A stretch of DNA of 32,000 bases from Pseudomonas sp. GWSMS-1 (lineage in GTDB: Bacteria > Pseudomonadota > Gammaproteobacteria > Pseudomonadales > Pseudomonadaceae), in assembly GCF_049847425.1 (NCBI RefSeq), contig NZ_JBMHHV010000005.1, forward strand, positions 1,242,791 to 1,274,790. The letters are read 5' to 3'. The position numbers and the translations under genes were made by a program. This document shows, piece by piece, positions 9,701 through 17,641 of the stretch (its first letter is position 1; every line of letters starts with the position of its first letter). The notes below the pieces were generated by a model that saw nothing but the letters and a program-made list of their open reading frames with translations, was not told the origin of the DNA and did no database searches.

Positions 9701-9987
9701 AGCGTCTGAACGAGCTGTTTGTAACCGATGAACTGACCAACAAAGACATGGTGAATTACGCCTACACCATCCGCGACAAGGTCAGTGAAAACCAGTTGGT
9801 CATGCAGCAACTGGCCAACAACACCGCCGAGCAAGCACTGCTGGGCAACTTCGCCAACGCGGTCGATGACGCGATTATGGGCAGCGGCGATGCCCACCAG
9901 AACCAGATGATGCAGCTGTTATCCGATCCGGGTAAGGCCACTAAGTTTGCGCGGGTGGTGTTTGATTTACTGAGCTTGGCAAGGTAG
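6739..9987 (+). CDS. hsdR: Type I R-M restriction/translocase subunit HsdR
   Basis: 1082 aa. N-terminal PD-(D/E)xK nuclease motif DLVLFVNGLPVATLELKS, helicase motif I QHSAGSGKSNS, and DEAH box IIADEAHSSQ. Confidence 0.95.
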   Translation: MSKAGELTFQNDMLKHLLANGWLLGKAEHYNRGLALYPEDLLGFVQETQDEQWQKFCALYPSNPEQHFLERVASQLDKTDPNAASKDMRTYGTLGVLRHELRHRGTRFSLCQFKPEHDLNPDTLARYAKNRCRVVPELVYSPWATQEHLELTGSKAKAWRIDLVLFVNGLPVATLELKSEFKQAVHNAIKQYKTTRFAIDPVTKKPEPLLTFKRGALVHFAVSQYEVYMATRLEGAATYFLPFNKGTTAGGAGNDVPADLNQYATDYLWNEVLLPSNLLAILGRFVHLQIEEKEDWEGRKYKKESLIFPRYHQWDVVNKLVNAARSEGPGHKYLIQHSAGSGKSNSIAWVAHQLSSIYNDQGGKQFNSVIVVTDRTVLDDQLQDTINQFEHVDGAVGRINNKEGDGSKSEKLAAALENSQPIIIVTIQTFPYVLRAIENSVSLKTRSYAIIADEAHSSQTGSTARQLKEVLMIEAKADGEDELSSEDILDAAVASRKASKNLSYFAFTATPKTKTLELFGRLPKPAEQPSKTNKPEAYHVYSMRQAIEEGFILDVLKNYTNYKVAYNLAQKIDKADQEVESKKAKVKLNQWVRLHEYNIAQKVQVIVEHFRSNVMGLLGGQAKAMVVTSSRKEAVRYKLCFDKYIVDKGYQKIHAMVAFSGEVEFTEKDPNAVALLGNKYTESNMNPNLKGRDMRKAFDSDDYQVMIVANKFQTGFDQPKLCAMYVDKKLGGVECVQTLSRLNRTYPGKAEVGTFILDFFNEPQEILDSFQPYFQTAELADVSNPDLIFDLFEKLNAAGIYKSSEIEQFCTAFFVKNKSNAAIANICKPAVERWTKRYKLAVEAYAHSKEIFERIKKTQDPVLIANAENDLKQCKQAKDALDIFKKDLGTFVRFYEFMSQIVDYDDKQLEKLSLYARNLSPMLRESAVDEDDIDLDSIVLSHYRVSKIRQQDLKLKEDSPDYKLLPGEGLGSATAKDKKEELLSQIVERLNELFVTDELTNKDMVNYAYTIRDKVSENQLVMQQLANNTAEQALLGNFANAVDDAIMGSGDAHQNQMMQLLSDPGKATKFARVVFDLLSLAR

Positions 9988-10032
9988 TCGGGGGAGGGGG
10001 TGCACGGGTTCAGGTCAACTGAGCGGCAACCA

Positions 10033-10305
10033 CTAAATATCTCCAGCCAGCTGCGGGAGGTACTGGCTGTTGGCGCCGACGCGAGACTGACCCAGCCCTG
10101 CGGGCTGAAACGCGAAATGCAGCAACGCGTTATTCTTTTGAAGCGCGGTCAATAAAATTTGGGGTGACAGCAAAACATGATGGTCTTGCTTCTTGCGCCG
10201 AGTGCCTTTGAAATTTTCGCTAGGGATGAACCTGGTATGGTTTTCCAAATCGACGTTCTTACATTCGGCCTGAAGTAACTCCCCAATACGGCACCAGGCC
10301 CCCAA
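10033..10305 (-). pseudogene. Remnant of a P4-type tyrosine integrase (internal fragment only)
   Basis: CRIGELLQAECKNVDLENHTRFIPSENFKGTRRKKQDHHVLLS aligns with CRIGELLKAQWRNVDLDKGTWFIPAEATKGHKGKRQDHHVFLS of the intact integrase at 13075-14469. The N-terminal two thirds and the catalytic C-terminus are missing. Confidence 0.7.
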
Positions 10306-10373
10306 GCTGATCGTAGGGTGCGAGATGATGCCCTCGTATTGCGCTTTCAGGCACGCGGACCGTCGTTAGCGGG

Positions 10374-10460
10374 TCGCGGGCATAGCCCGCCCTACTAGCG
10401 ATGACCCGCGCTGAACTATCGCACGGCGATTGCCGCTGTAGGAGTGGGCCATGCCCGCGA
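10374..10460. repeat. Inverted pair of REP-like extragenic palindromes
   Basis: TCGCGGGCATAGCCCGCCCTAC (10374-10395) and GTAGGAGTGGGCCATGCCCGCGA (10438-10460) are near reverse complements. Both resemble the GTAGGAGCGGGC...CCCGCGA REP type known from Pseudomonas. They lie just downstream of the tyrS stop. Confidence 0.6.
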
Positions 10461-10469
10461 TCAGTCGTA

Positions 10470-11711
10470 TCACCGCGCCTGTAACTGGTAATGGCGCTTT
10501 TTTCCAAGGCTGATGCGAGCCCCAAGGTGTTCGGTTGTCAGCTTCAGCTCGGCATCGCTGAGCACTTCGCCATTCAGGCGCAGGCCGCCGCCAGCCGCCA
10601 GGCGCCGTACCGCACTGGCGGAAGGTTGCAGCTTGTATCCCAGTAGCAGCTGCAACAGGCTCAGGCTGCCGTCCAGGCGCAGCCGGTCAATCGGCAGAGC
10701 AGGTAATGCTGCCTCTACCGTGCTGCCTGCAAACAGTTCGGCGGCTGTGGCGGCTGCGGCCTTGGCTGCAGCCTGGCCATGGGCCAACGCGGTGGCGGCG
10801 TTGGCCAGGACAATTTTCGCCTGGTTCAACTCGGCGCCTTGCAAGGCTGCGAGGCGCGCCACCTCCTCCAGCGGCAGTTCGCTGAACAGTGCGAGAAAGC
10901 GCCCCACATCGGCGTCGTCGCAATTACGCCAGAACTGCCAGAAATCGTACGGCGAGAGCTTGTCGCCATTCAGCCACACCGCGCCGCTGGCGGATTTGCC
11001 CATCTTGCGGCCGTCGCGGGTGGTCAGCAGCGGCATGGTCAGGCCGAACAGTGGTGGGCAACCCTGACGGCGGCCTAGCTCGACACCATTGATTATATTG
11101 GCCCACTGGTCGGCCCCGCCCAACTGCAGGGTGCAGTTGTGCCGGCGCGCCAGTTCGGTGAAGTCATGGGCCTGCAGCAGGGTGTAGCCGAACTCCTGAA
11201 AGCTCAGCGAATGCTCGCGCTCCAGGCGGGTGCGCACGGCATCGAAGGTCAGTAGGCGGTTGATGGAAAAGTGCCGGCCGACCTGATCGAGAAACTGCAG
11301 GTAGCCGATGCCGTCCAGCCAGTCGGCGTTGTCCACCACCAGGCCGTCGCTGGGGCCATCGCCCAACTGGATGTAGCGGGCAAAGCAGCCGGTAATTCCG
11401 GCGATGTTGTGCTGGATCTGTGCCTCAGTTAGCACCGGCCGGCTGCTGTCACGAAAGCTCGGATCGCCAATACGCGTGGTCGCGCCGCCGATCAGTAGGA
11501 TCGGTTTATGCCCGGCGCGTTGCAGGTGACGCATCAACATCAGTGCCTGCAAATGGCCGACGTGCAGGCTGTCCGCCGTGGCATCGAAACCGAGGTAGAA
11601 GGTGATCGCGCCCTGGCTTAGCGCCAGGCGCAGGCCGTCGAGGTCAGTGCTCTGGTGGATAAAGCCACGGGCATCAAGTTGTTCGATCAGATCAAAGGTG
11701 TTGCTGGGCAT
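10470..11711 (-). CDS. tyrS: Tyrosine--tRNA ligase
   Basis: 413 aa with the class I signatures HVGHL (HIGH) and KMGKS (KMSKS). The C-terminus is S4-like. AGGAG lies 6 nt upstream of the ATG. Confidence 0.95.
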   Translation of the reverse strand: MPSNTFDLIEQLDARGFIHQSTDLDGLRLALSQGAITFYLGFDATADSLHVGHLQALMLMRHLQRAGHKPILLIGGATTRIGDPSFRDSSRPVLTEAQIQHNIAGITGCFARYIQLGDGPSDGLVVDNADWLDGIGYLQFLDQVGRHFSINRLLTFDAVRTRLEREHSLSFQEFGYTLLQAHDFTELARRHNCTLQLGGADQWANIINGVELGRRQGCPPLFGLTMPLLTTRDGRKMGKSASGAVWLNGDKLSPYDFWQFWRNCDDADVGRFLALFSELPLEEVARLAALQGAELNQAKIVLANAATALAHGQAAAKAAAATAAELFAGSTVEAALPALPIDRLRLDGSLSLLQLLLGYKLQPSASAVRRLAAGGGLRLNGEVLSDAELKLTTEHLGARISLGKKRHYQLQAR

Positions 11712-11715
11712 AAGT

Positions 11716-11747
11716 GTCTCCTGGTTAAGGCAAAGGCCTGAGGAGAC
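11716..11747 (-). promoter_or_regulatory. 5'-UTR hairpin whose 3' arm is the tyrS Shine-Dalgarno sequence
   Basis: On the mRNA strand, GTCTCCT (11747-11741) can pair with AGGAGAC (11722-11716). The latter is the SD, followed by ACTT and then the ATG. The loop contains a second small stem, AGGC/GCCT. Confidence 0.35.
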
Positions 11748-12133
11748 TGGAGTGAGGGTGTGCTATCCGGGCCGCCTCAGGCGGATCGGACATGCAACAA
11801 CGCATCTACCGCCTGGTGAGAGAGGGCAGGGCGTAATAAAACGCGGAAATTGGGCAGATGTGTGTGTGCATGGAGCAGCACTCTAAGGGCTGTGGCGAGC
11901 AAGTCAATAGCCGAGTGGCTGGCGCGTGGTGTTAGGCCAAGAGCGTGGCAGTTGATGCGCTGTGAGCGATCAAGCCGATTTCTGGCAGCGCCTAGGAGCG
12001 TCCTTTCGAGCGCAAGCACAACCGCGTCACCGTCGACGATATGCAGGCAATGTTGGCCAGCATCCACTGACCCGCATGATCGCAACCTCGCTCCAGTCAC
12101 CCTAGCCTTCAGGTGGTTGGGTTCGACCGGCAG

Positions 12134-12535
12134 CTACTGGCCGTGCTCGGCTAACCAGACGAGTTCATCGGCGCGTTCCTTGGTCATTTCCAGGATGCAC
12201 GAGGCGTGGTTGACGCTGTCGATGGTGCCGCCGGTCAAGCTGCCGAGTAACGCGCAGTCGGCATCGCGGAACTTGATCCACAGGCGCTGGGCGTTGCGCA
12301 GCTGGCTTTGTTGGCCTTTTTCCAACGCCTGCATAGCGGCCTTGTAGCTGTGATTGAGGCGAGCATCTTGTTGCTGGGTTTCGCCGCCCATGCAGTTGAG
12401 CATGTTCATCGTCACGCCGCCGGACGCATCCATGCAGCTGGTATAGGTAGCGCTGTAGCCATCCTCTGTGGCGTTCGCGCCAAGGCTGAGGGTTGCTGCG
12501 GCAATGGCCAGCAAGCGGTGTCTGATTGATTGCAT
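12134..12535 (-). CDS. Secreted DUF1311 / LprI-like (lysozyme-inhibitor family) protein
   Basis: The start was moved to the internal ATG at 12535, which has AGGAAG upstream and gives the signal peptide MQSIRHRLLAIAAATLSLGANA. DUF1311 pattern: DARLNHSYKAAMQAL...AQRLWIKFRDADC. Confidence 0.7.
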   Translation of the reverse strand: MQSIRHRLLAIAAATLSLGANATEDGYSATYTSCMDASGGVTMNMLNCMGGETQQQDARLNHSYKAAMQALEKGQQSQLRNAQRLWIKFRDADCALLGSLTGGTIDSVNHASCILEMTKERADELVWLAEHGQ

Positions 12536-13074
12536 GGTGAGCTTCCTGCGTATCAGTGGATGAGTGCCAGAGGATTGGCATGGTTCGGCATGGGGCAGCA
12601 CGTGGCCCGCCTCAGAATCTATAGGCATACCATGTTGCGGTATCCTTGCTGTTGGGCGAGAGTTATGGTCTTCCAAGTACGCAAGATTGTGACGTATACC
12701 GAGACAGCTTTTATCTAAGGTGGCAACGCTGCGGGCAGGTCACCAACGGCGGCAGGCGTTGTAGTTGTCATGTTCAATGCCTTGGCATGGGAGAGTCTTC
12801 GTGGAAGACCTGAAGCCATCGATCAGGGAGCCTTGCTCAGGGCTCGGTCTTTTGATGGATGAGCAGCGCTGTCAAACGATGGGCGCAGTGGGGGGCACCC
12901 CGAAGCCTATGGTAAAGCCGCAGTGGTTGGAGCCGGCGGCGTGATAGAACACGCACCTGCCGTAATCCACACACTACGACTTGGTAATCACTACCGTGAG
13001 GCGGTCGATGCTAAAAGCTAGTTGGTTTTCACTAACAAGCGCGGCTAACCTGCTGCTGCGACCCGCTTGGCCCA

Positions 13075-14469
13075 TTAGCTAGAGCAAATGGGGGCCAGTA
13101 TGGTTTCAATGCGTTCCCCAAGAAGTCTCCAAGCTTCAGTTTTCTCTTTCGCATAGTCGTGATGTAGATAGTGTCGACGTACCTTGGAACCGCCCAGTAG
13201 GTGGTTTTGGCAGCGGTCGATGATGTCTAGCGACACACCCAGCTCCTGCATCATTGTCGCGCCAGTGCGACGCAGGTCGTGCGGTGTCCATTCGGCTCTG
13301 GTGCCTTTGCTGAGCACCAGTGAGTCGTCGTGATGGCGGCCTACCAAGGGCTTGCTGCGCTTCTTGAAGCGGCACTGTCGGTCACCGATCAGCTTGCTGA
13401 CCGTCTTGGTGTCGACGTGGTTATTCTCGTCCCTGCTGGGGAAGCAGAACGGGGTCTGCCCGGTTTCTTTTTTCAGGCACTTGAACTGTGCCAGTGCGAA
13501 GGATGACAGAAATACATGGTGATCCTGGCGTTTGCCTTTGTGCCCTTTGGTGGCTTCGGCCGGGATGAACCAGGTGCCTTTGTCCAGATCCACATTGCGC
13601 CATTGGGCCTTGAGCAGTTCGCCGATGCGGCAGAGGGTGCTCAGGCAGATCCATAGAGCGCACTGTACTCGAGGATTGACCGGGCGGATTCCGGAGTATT
13701 TTTGGCCGGCGGGCAGGGCTTTGTAGTCACGCTCCAGCCGAGAGAAGATGTCGCGCAGTTCGCGGATTTCGTCGGGGGAGAGCAGGCGGTCACGTTCTTC
13801 CTGATAGTCGTGGTCGAGCAATGTCTGCACGTTTACCAAGCCGGACGGGTTGCCATCGATCATTAGATTTCGCCAAGGTTTTCGCTTTTCTGCCCAGCGC
13901 AGCATTTGGCCGATATTATTGCGGAGGATGACGACGGTACGATTTAGCCCGCGAGTCTTGACCGAGCGCAGGACGGAAAGCAAATCCTGTTCGGTCAGTT
14001 TGCGCAATGGCTTCTGGCCGATTAGCGGCAGGACATCTTTTTTAAAGCTGCGCTGCAGCTCAGCATTTCCGTCTTGACGTGACACACCGTCGCGCACCCA
14101 CTCGTTGAAGAGATCGGCCACTGTCTTGTTTTCAGCAGCCTCTCGCTCGGCTTCGGCAATGATGGCTGCAACGGCGGCCTGCGCTTTAATCTTGGAGGCT
14201 TTTCGAGCGGCTGTGGGGTCGACTCCCTGGCTAACCGATGCCCTCAATTCCTCGCGTTCGGCGCGTATTTGGGCAAGTGAATTCTTGGGCCATGTACCAA
14301 TTCGGCGATCACACTTGGTGCCGTCCAGCTTGAACTCGTAGCGGAACTGTACAGTGACACCGCGAACACCGACACGAACCCTGCCCACGATGCCACCGTC
14401 TTCACGCAACGTCTTGCCATCGTCGGACGCGGTAAGTGCTTCGAGTTGCTTTATGGTTAACTTGGCCAC
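13075..14469 (-). CDS. int: P4-type tyrosine integrase (DUF4102-like N-terminus)
   Basis: 464 aa with a GTG start. The N-terminus KLTIKQLEAL...GRVRVGVRGVTVQFRYEF is typical of P4/CP4-57-like integrases. The catalytic region is WTPHDLRRTGATMM...NHLLGGSKVRRHY. Confidence 0.9.
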   Translation of the reverse strand: MAKLTIKQLEALTASDDGKTLREDGGIVGRVRVGVRGVTVQFRYEFKLDGTKCDRRIGTWPKNSLAQIRAEREELRASVSQGVDPTAARKASKIKAQAAVAAIIAEAEREAAENKTVADLFNEWVRDGVSRQDGNAELQRSFKKDVLPLIGQKPLRKLTEQDLLSVLRSVKTRGLNRTVVILRNNIGQMLRWAEKRKPWRNLMIDGNPSGLVNVQTLLDHDYQEERDRLLSPDEIRELRDIFSRLERDYKALPAGQKYSGIRPVNPRVQCALWICLSTLCRIGELLKAQWRNVDLDKGTWFIPAEATKGHKGKRQDHHVFLSSFALAQFKCLKKETGQTPFCFPSRDENNHVDTKTVSKLIGDRQCRFKKRSKPLVGRHHDDSLVLSKGTRAEWTPHDLRRTGATMMQELGVSLDIIDRCQNHLLGGSKVRRHYLHHDYAKEKTEAWRLLGERIETILAPICSS

Positions 14470-14502
14470 TTCCTACCCCTTGCATCATCTGGGTGAGCTG
14501 AA

Positions 14503-14526
14503 TTTTGCCCCCACTTTTGCCCCCAC
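14503..14526. repeat. Perfect tandem duplication, 2 x TTTTGCCCCCAC, 34 nt upstream of the integrase start codon
   Basis: Read directly: 14503-14514 and 14515-14526 are identical. Confidence 0.85.
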
Positions 14527-14674
14527 CGCAAGGCCTGGCTGTCAGTAGAATTAGACAGTTCGTCGTAGACGCTAAAATGGCTAAAGCCCCAGCTATTGCT
14601 GACCTGTAGGCTCTTTTAGCGTCTGCAGGCGTCCATGGGGATCGGGTGGATAATTAAATGGGGTGCTAGGGGTC

Positions 14675-14702
14675 GAGTGTTCGAATCACTCCGTCCCGAC
14701 CA
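14675..14702 (+). other. Orphan tRNA 3'-end-like segment (T-arm + 3' acceptor strand + ACCA), probably an att core remnant
   Basis: GAGTG-TTCGAAT-CACTC forms a canonical T-arm with a TTCGAAT loop, followed by CGTCCCG, A and CCA. No matching 5' acceptor strand, D-arm or anticodon arm occurs within 100 nt upstream. Confidence 0.5.
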
Positions 14703-14714
14703 TAATTCTCCAAT

Positions 14715-14755
14715 AAAAACAGCCACTTGAGCGATCAGTGGCTGTTTTTGTTTTT
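14715..14755. terminator. Bidirectional rho-independent terminator-like hairpin
   Basis: AAAAACAGCCACT-tgagcgatc-AGTGGCTGTTTTTGTTTTT. It has an A run on one side and a T run on the other. It lies between the tRNA-like end and the 3' end of the lambda-type int gene. Confidence 0.6.
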
Positions 14756-14760
14756 GGGCT

Positions 14761-14790
14761 GCGCAAAACTGGCGCAAAATAGGCGCAAAA
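14761..14790. repeat. Three direct GCGCAAAA repeats at 11-bp phasing (candidate integrase arm-type sites)
   Basis: GCGCAAAA occurs at 14761-14768, 14772-14779 and 14783-14790. The last copy abuts the int stop codon at 14791-14793. Confidence 0.8.
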
Positions 14791-15894
14791 TCACTCTGTG
14801 ATCTTGGTGATATCAAGGTTCGGCGAAACCTTTGTCCAAGTGACATCCTCTTCATCACGCAGATAGTTTTTAGTCATTTCTGCCGTGGCGTGACCAGCGA
14901 TTTTCTGAGCATCCTCGCCTGATCGGGTATAGAGCTTGACAGACACAGCTCGAATTTCATGAAATCCAGGCAATTCTTCTTTTGTCCACCCGGCATAGCA
15001 ACCAGCGGCTTCCCTTGCCTCTTGAAAGGCGCGGGTCAGATAGCGGCGCTCAACCTTTGACCAATGCTCTTTGTGTTCTGTCGCATGCATCCGCTCAGGC
15101 TTGCGGTGGACTAAGAAGGGGGAGTCCACGTCGTCCCGGCATTGCTCAATGACCTTGAGAAGCTCGGGTGTTAGCTCGTACTTGATCCAAGCCGTATCGG
15201 CCTCCTCCGACGTCTTTTCTTGAATCACTGATAAGAAGCCGTCTTCCATTTTATCGAAGCGCATCTCAAGTACATCGCCGCGTCTTAGCGCTGTTAGCAA
15301 GGCCAGATCAATAGCATTCTTAAGCCACTGGGGAGATGCATCCCGAATAGCTTTCAGTCCTTCCTGGGTATGGCGTTTACGCTTTTTCTTCTCCTTCTGG
15401 GCAATGGTGCTCGCGGCTGGGTTGTCGGGAATTAATCCGTCCGCGATGGCGTGAGTGAACACGTTCATTAGTAATGCGCGTACTTGATTGCTTGAGCGTG
15501 GCGTTGAGTCCCTCAAGAAGTCGGCGACAATCCGGACTGTGATTTCGTTGATTGGCTTTTGCCCCAGGGCCTTGTTGATCTTTCTGAAATGGACGGCATA
15601 TAGGTCAAGCGTCCCCTTTTTAAGCTCACGCTTGGGCAGAATCGTAGTCCTGTATTGCTCAATGTAAGCTGCCAAGGTCATGGTGCTTTCGCCCATCACT
15701 AACGCGACCAAATCGCGTCCTTTCATGTACTCAAGATTGAGCTGCTTTGCTGCATCAATCGCTTTGAGTCTGTCAGTACCAAATGGGTACCACTTACCGT
15801 CGGTGGCCCTGCGGTAGCGATACGTTTTCCGGCGGATATCGAAGTACAGATTGCTTGGAAGGCCTGAGTTTGATTTTTTTCGCGGTCTTGTCAT
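14791..15894 (-). CDS. int: Lambda-family tyrosine integrase with N-terminal arm-binding domain
   Basis: The N-terminus GLPSNLYFDIRRKTYRYRRATDGKWYPFGTDRLKAIDAAKQLNLEY parallels lambda Int (LPPNLYIRNNGYYCYRDPRTGKEFGLGRDRRIAI...). The catalytic region is FHEIRAVSVKLY...GHATAEMTKNY. Confidence 0.9.
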   Translation of the reverse strand: MTRPRKKSNSGLPSNLYFDIRRKTYRYRRATDGKWYPFGTDRLKAIDAAKQLNLEYMKGRDLVALVMGESTMTLAAYIEQYRTTILPKRELKKGTLDLYAVHFRKINKALGQKPINEITVRIVADFLRDSTPRSSNQVRALLMNVFTHAIADGLIPDNPAASTIAQKEKKKRKRHTQEGLKAIRDASPQWLKNAIDLALLTALRRGDVLEMRFDKMEDGFLSVIQEKTSEEADTAWIKYELTPELLKVIEQCRDDVDSPFLVHRKPERMHATEHKEHWSKVERRYLTRAFQEAREAAGCYAGWTKEELPGFHEIRAVSVKLYTRSGEDAQKIAGHATAEMTKNYLRDEEDVTWTKVSPNLDITKITE

Positions 15895-16026
15895 TTAGGC
15901 AGCCCCCATCAAAACCATGTTTACCAGCGGGTTTTGGCTGAGCCGCTCATAGCCGATCCAGTCGACGTACCAAGTCCGTCCAATCTGTTCTCCGGGAATC
16001 ATCCTGTTTCGCAGATGATTACGAAT
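15895..16026 (-). pseudogene. xis: 3' part of an excisionase-like gene, 5' end removed by the IS21-family insertion
   Basis: It reads ...IRNHLRNRMIPGEQIGRTWYVDWIGYERLSQNPLVNMVLMGAA*. The GRxWYV motif is as in phage Xis/AlpA-like proteins. The stop is immediately adjacent to the int ATG. The frame is open right up to the IS end at 16027. Confidence 0.55.
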
Positions 16027-16132
16027 TGTTGCCGCTGACCGAAAACTGACCCAGTAGAGGCTGTTCTGCCGACTGAAAACTGACCCAGGTGTTCAACTGC
16101 TTCTGCTCAATTTTTGAGCAGGAGAACACAGG

Positions 16133-17641
16133 GTGATCAGTATGGAAATGATGGGCAAAATTCGCCGGATGTATTTCCGCGACAAGCTGTCGCTGCATGA
16201 GATAGCCAAGCGCACCGGGTTGGCGCGCAACACGATTCGCAAGTGGGTCAGAGCACCTGAGGCCAAGCCGCCGGTCTACCAACGCCGCGCGATCTTCAAC
16301 AAACTCAGCCCTTTTCACGCCACGCTGGAGCAGGCGCTAAAAGCCGATTCGCTGCGGCCCAAGCAACAGCGGCGCAGTGCCAAGGCGCTGTTGGCGCAAA
16401 TCAAAGCCGAAGGTTATGACGGTGGCTACAGCCAGCTCACCGCGTTTATCCGTGCCTGGCGAGGGGGACAGGGCAAGGCGTCGCAGGCCTTTGTGCCGCT
16501 GACCTTTGCTCTTGGCGAGGCGTTTCAGTTTGACTGGAGCGAGGAAGGCTTGCTGGTCGGCGGCATTTACCGGCGTATGCAGGTGGCACATCTGAAGCTG
16601 TGTGCCAGCCGTGCGTTCTGGCTTGTGGCGTATCCGAGCCAGGGCCATGAGATGTTATTTGACGCCCATACACGCTCGTTCGGCTCCTTGGGCGGCGTGC
16701 CGCGCCGGGGCATCTACGACAACATGAAGACCGCCGTCGACAAGGTCAATAAGGGCAAAGGCCGGGCGGTGAATGCGCGCTTTGCGGTGATGTGCGCGCA
16801 TTACCTGTTCGATCCGGACTTCTGCAACGTCGCCGCTGGTTGGGAAAAGGGCATCGTTGAAAAGAACGTGCAAGACAGCCGCAGGCGTATCTGGCTAGAC
16901 GCCCAGGACTGCCAGTTTCACTCCTTCGAGGAACTCAATGCCTGGCTGGGCCAGCGCTGCCGCGCGCTTTGGAACGAGCTGACGCACCCTCAATACAGCG
17001 GGCTCAGTGTGGCCGAGGTACTGGAGTTGGAGCGCGCCGAACTGATGCCTATGCCCGCGGCCTTCGACGGTTACGTCGAGCGGCCTGCGCGGGTCTCCAG
17101 CACCTGCCTGGTCAGCGTCGGGCGCAACCGTTACTCGGTGCCGTGTGAGTACGCGGGTAAGTGGGTCAGCAGCCGTTTGTATCCGACCCGCATCGAGGTG
17201 GTGGCCGATGATGCGCTGATTGCCAGCCATGCGCGCTTGCTGGATCGCGAACAGGTCAGCTACGACTGGCAGCACTACATCCCGCTGATTGAGCGCAAGC
17301 CCGGCGCGCTGCGCAACGGAGCGCCCTTTACTGATCTGCCAGCGCCGCTGCGTCAGCTTAAGCACGGTCTGGGGCGTCATGCCGGCGGTGACCGGATCAT
17401 GGCGCAAGTCCTGGCTGCCGTACCGGTCGCCGGACTCGATGCCGTGCTGGTAGCCGTTGAGCTGGTACTGGAGAGCGGCAGCCTGAGCGCCGAACACATC
17501 CTCAATGTCGTGGCACGGCTGACAGCATCCGAACCACCACCCAGCGTCGAAACCCACTTGTCGCTCAAGGAAGCCCCCGTCGCTAACACGGCGCGCTACG
17601 ACCGCCTGCGTGGCCAGGCCGAGGAGGTCGGTCATGCGTGA
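16133..17641 (+). CDS. istA: IS21-family transposase IstA
   Basis: 502 aa. The N-terminal HTH is [21 protein letters not shown], followed by a DDE integrase-like core. AGGAG lies 8 nt upstream of the GTG at 16133; an ATG at 16142 is an alternative start. Confidence 0.9.
   Translation: MISMEMMGKIRRMYFRDKLSLHEIAKRTGLARNTIRKWVRAPEAKPPVYQRRAIFNKLSPFHATLEQALKADSLRPKQQRRSAKALLAQIKAEGYDGGYSQLTAFIRAWRGGQGKASQAFVPLTFALGEAFQFDWSEEGLLVGGIYRRMQVAHLKLCASRAFWLVAYPSQGHEMLFDAHTRSFGSLGGVPRRGIYDNMKTAVDKVNKGKGRAVNARFAVMCAHYLFDPDFCNVAAGWEKGIVEKNVQDSRRRIWLDAQDCQFHSFEELNAWLGQRCRALWNELTHPQYSGLSVAEVLELERAELMPMPAAFDGYVERPARVSSTCLVSVGRNRYSVPCEYAGKWVSSRLYPTRIEVVADDALIASHARLLDREQVSYDWQHYIPLIERKPGALRNGAPFTDLPAPLRQLKHGLGRHAGGDRIMAQVLAAVPVAGLDAVLVAVELVLESGSLSAEHILNVVARLTASEPPPSVETHLSLKEAPVANTARYDRLRGQAEEVGHA

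Noticed and set aside
10513-11092. Several plus-strand ORFs overlapping tyrS (for example 10513-11067)
   Set aside because: They are antisense to tyrS, Arg/Ala/Ser-rich, and lack motifs. tyrS carries the HIGH and KMSKS signatures.
11712-12133. T-box or other known riboswitch in the tyrS leader, and ORFs 11777-12100 / 11850-12347
   Set aside because: No T-box core (GGTGGTACCGCG-like) or specifier-loop arrangement is visible. The ORFs overlap each other and the DUF1311 gene, and have no start context or motifs.
14616-14702. A complete tRNA (or tmRNA 3' domain) ending at ACCA 14702
   Set aside because: Only the T-arm and 3' acceptor strand are present. No CGGGACG-type 5' strand, D-arm or anticodon arm exists upstream, and the sequence does not resemble the tmRNA 3' end as I recall it. 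I kept it only as an att-like fragment.
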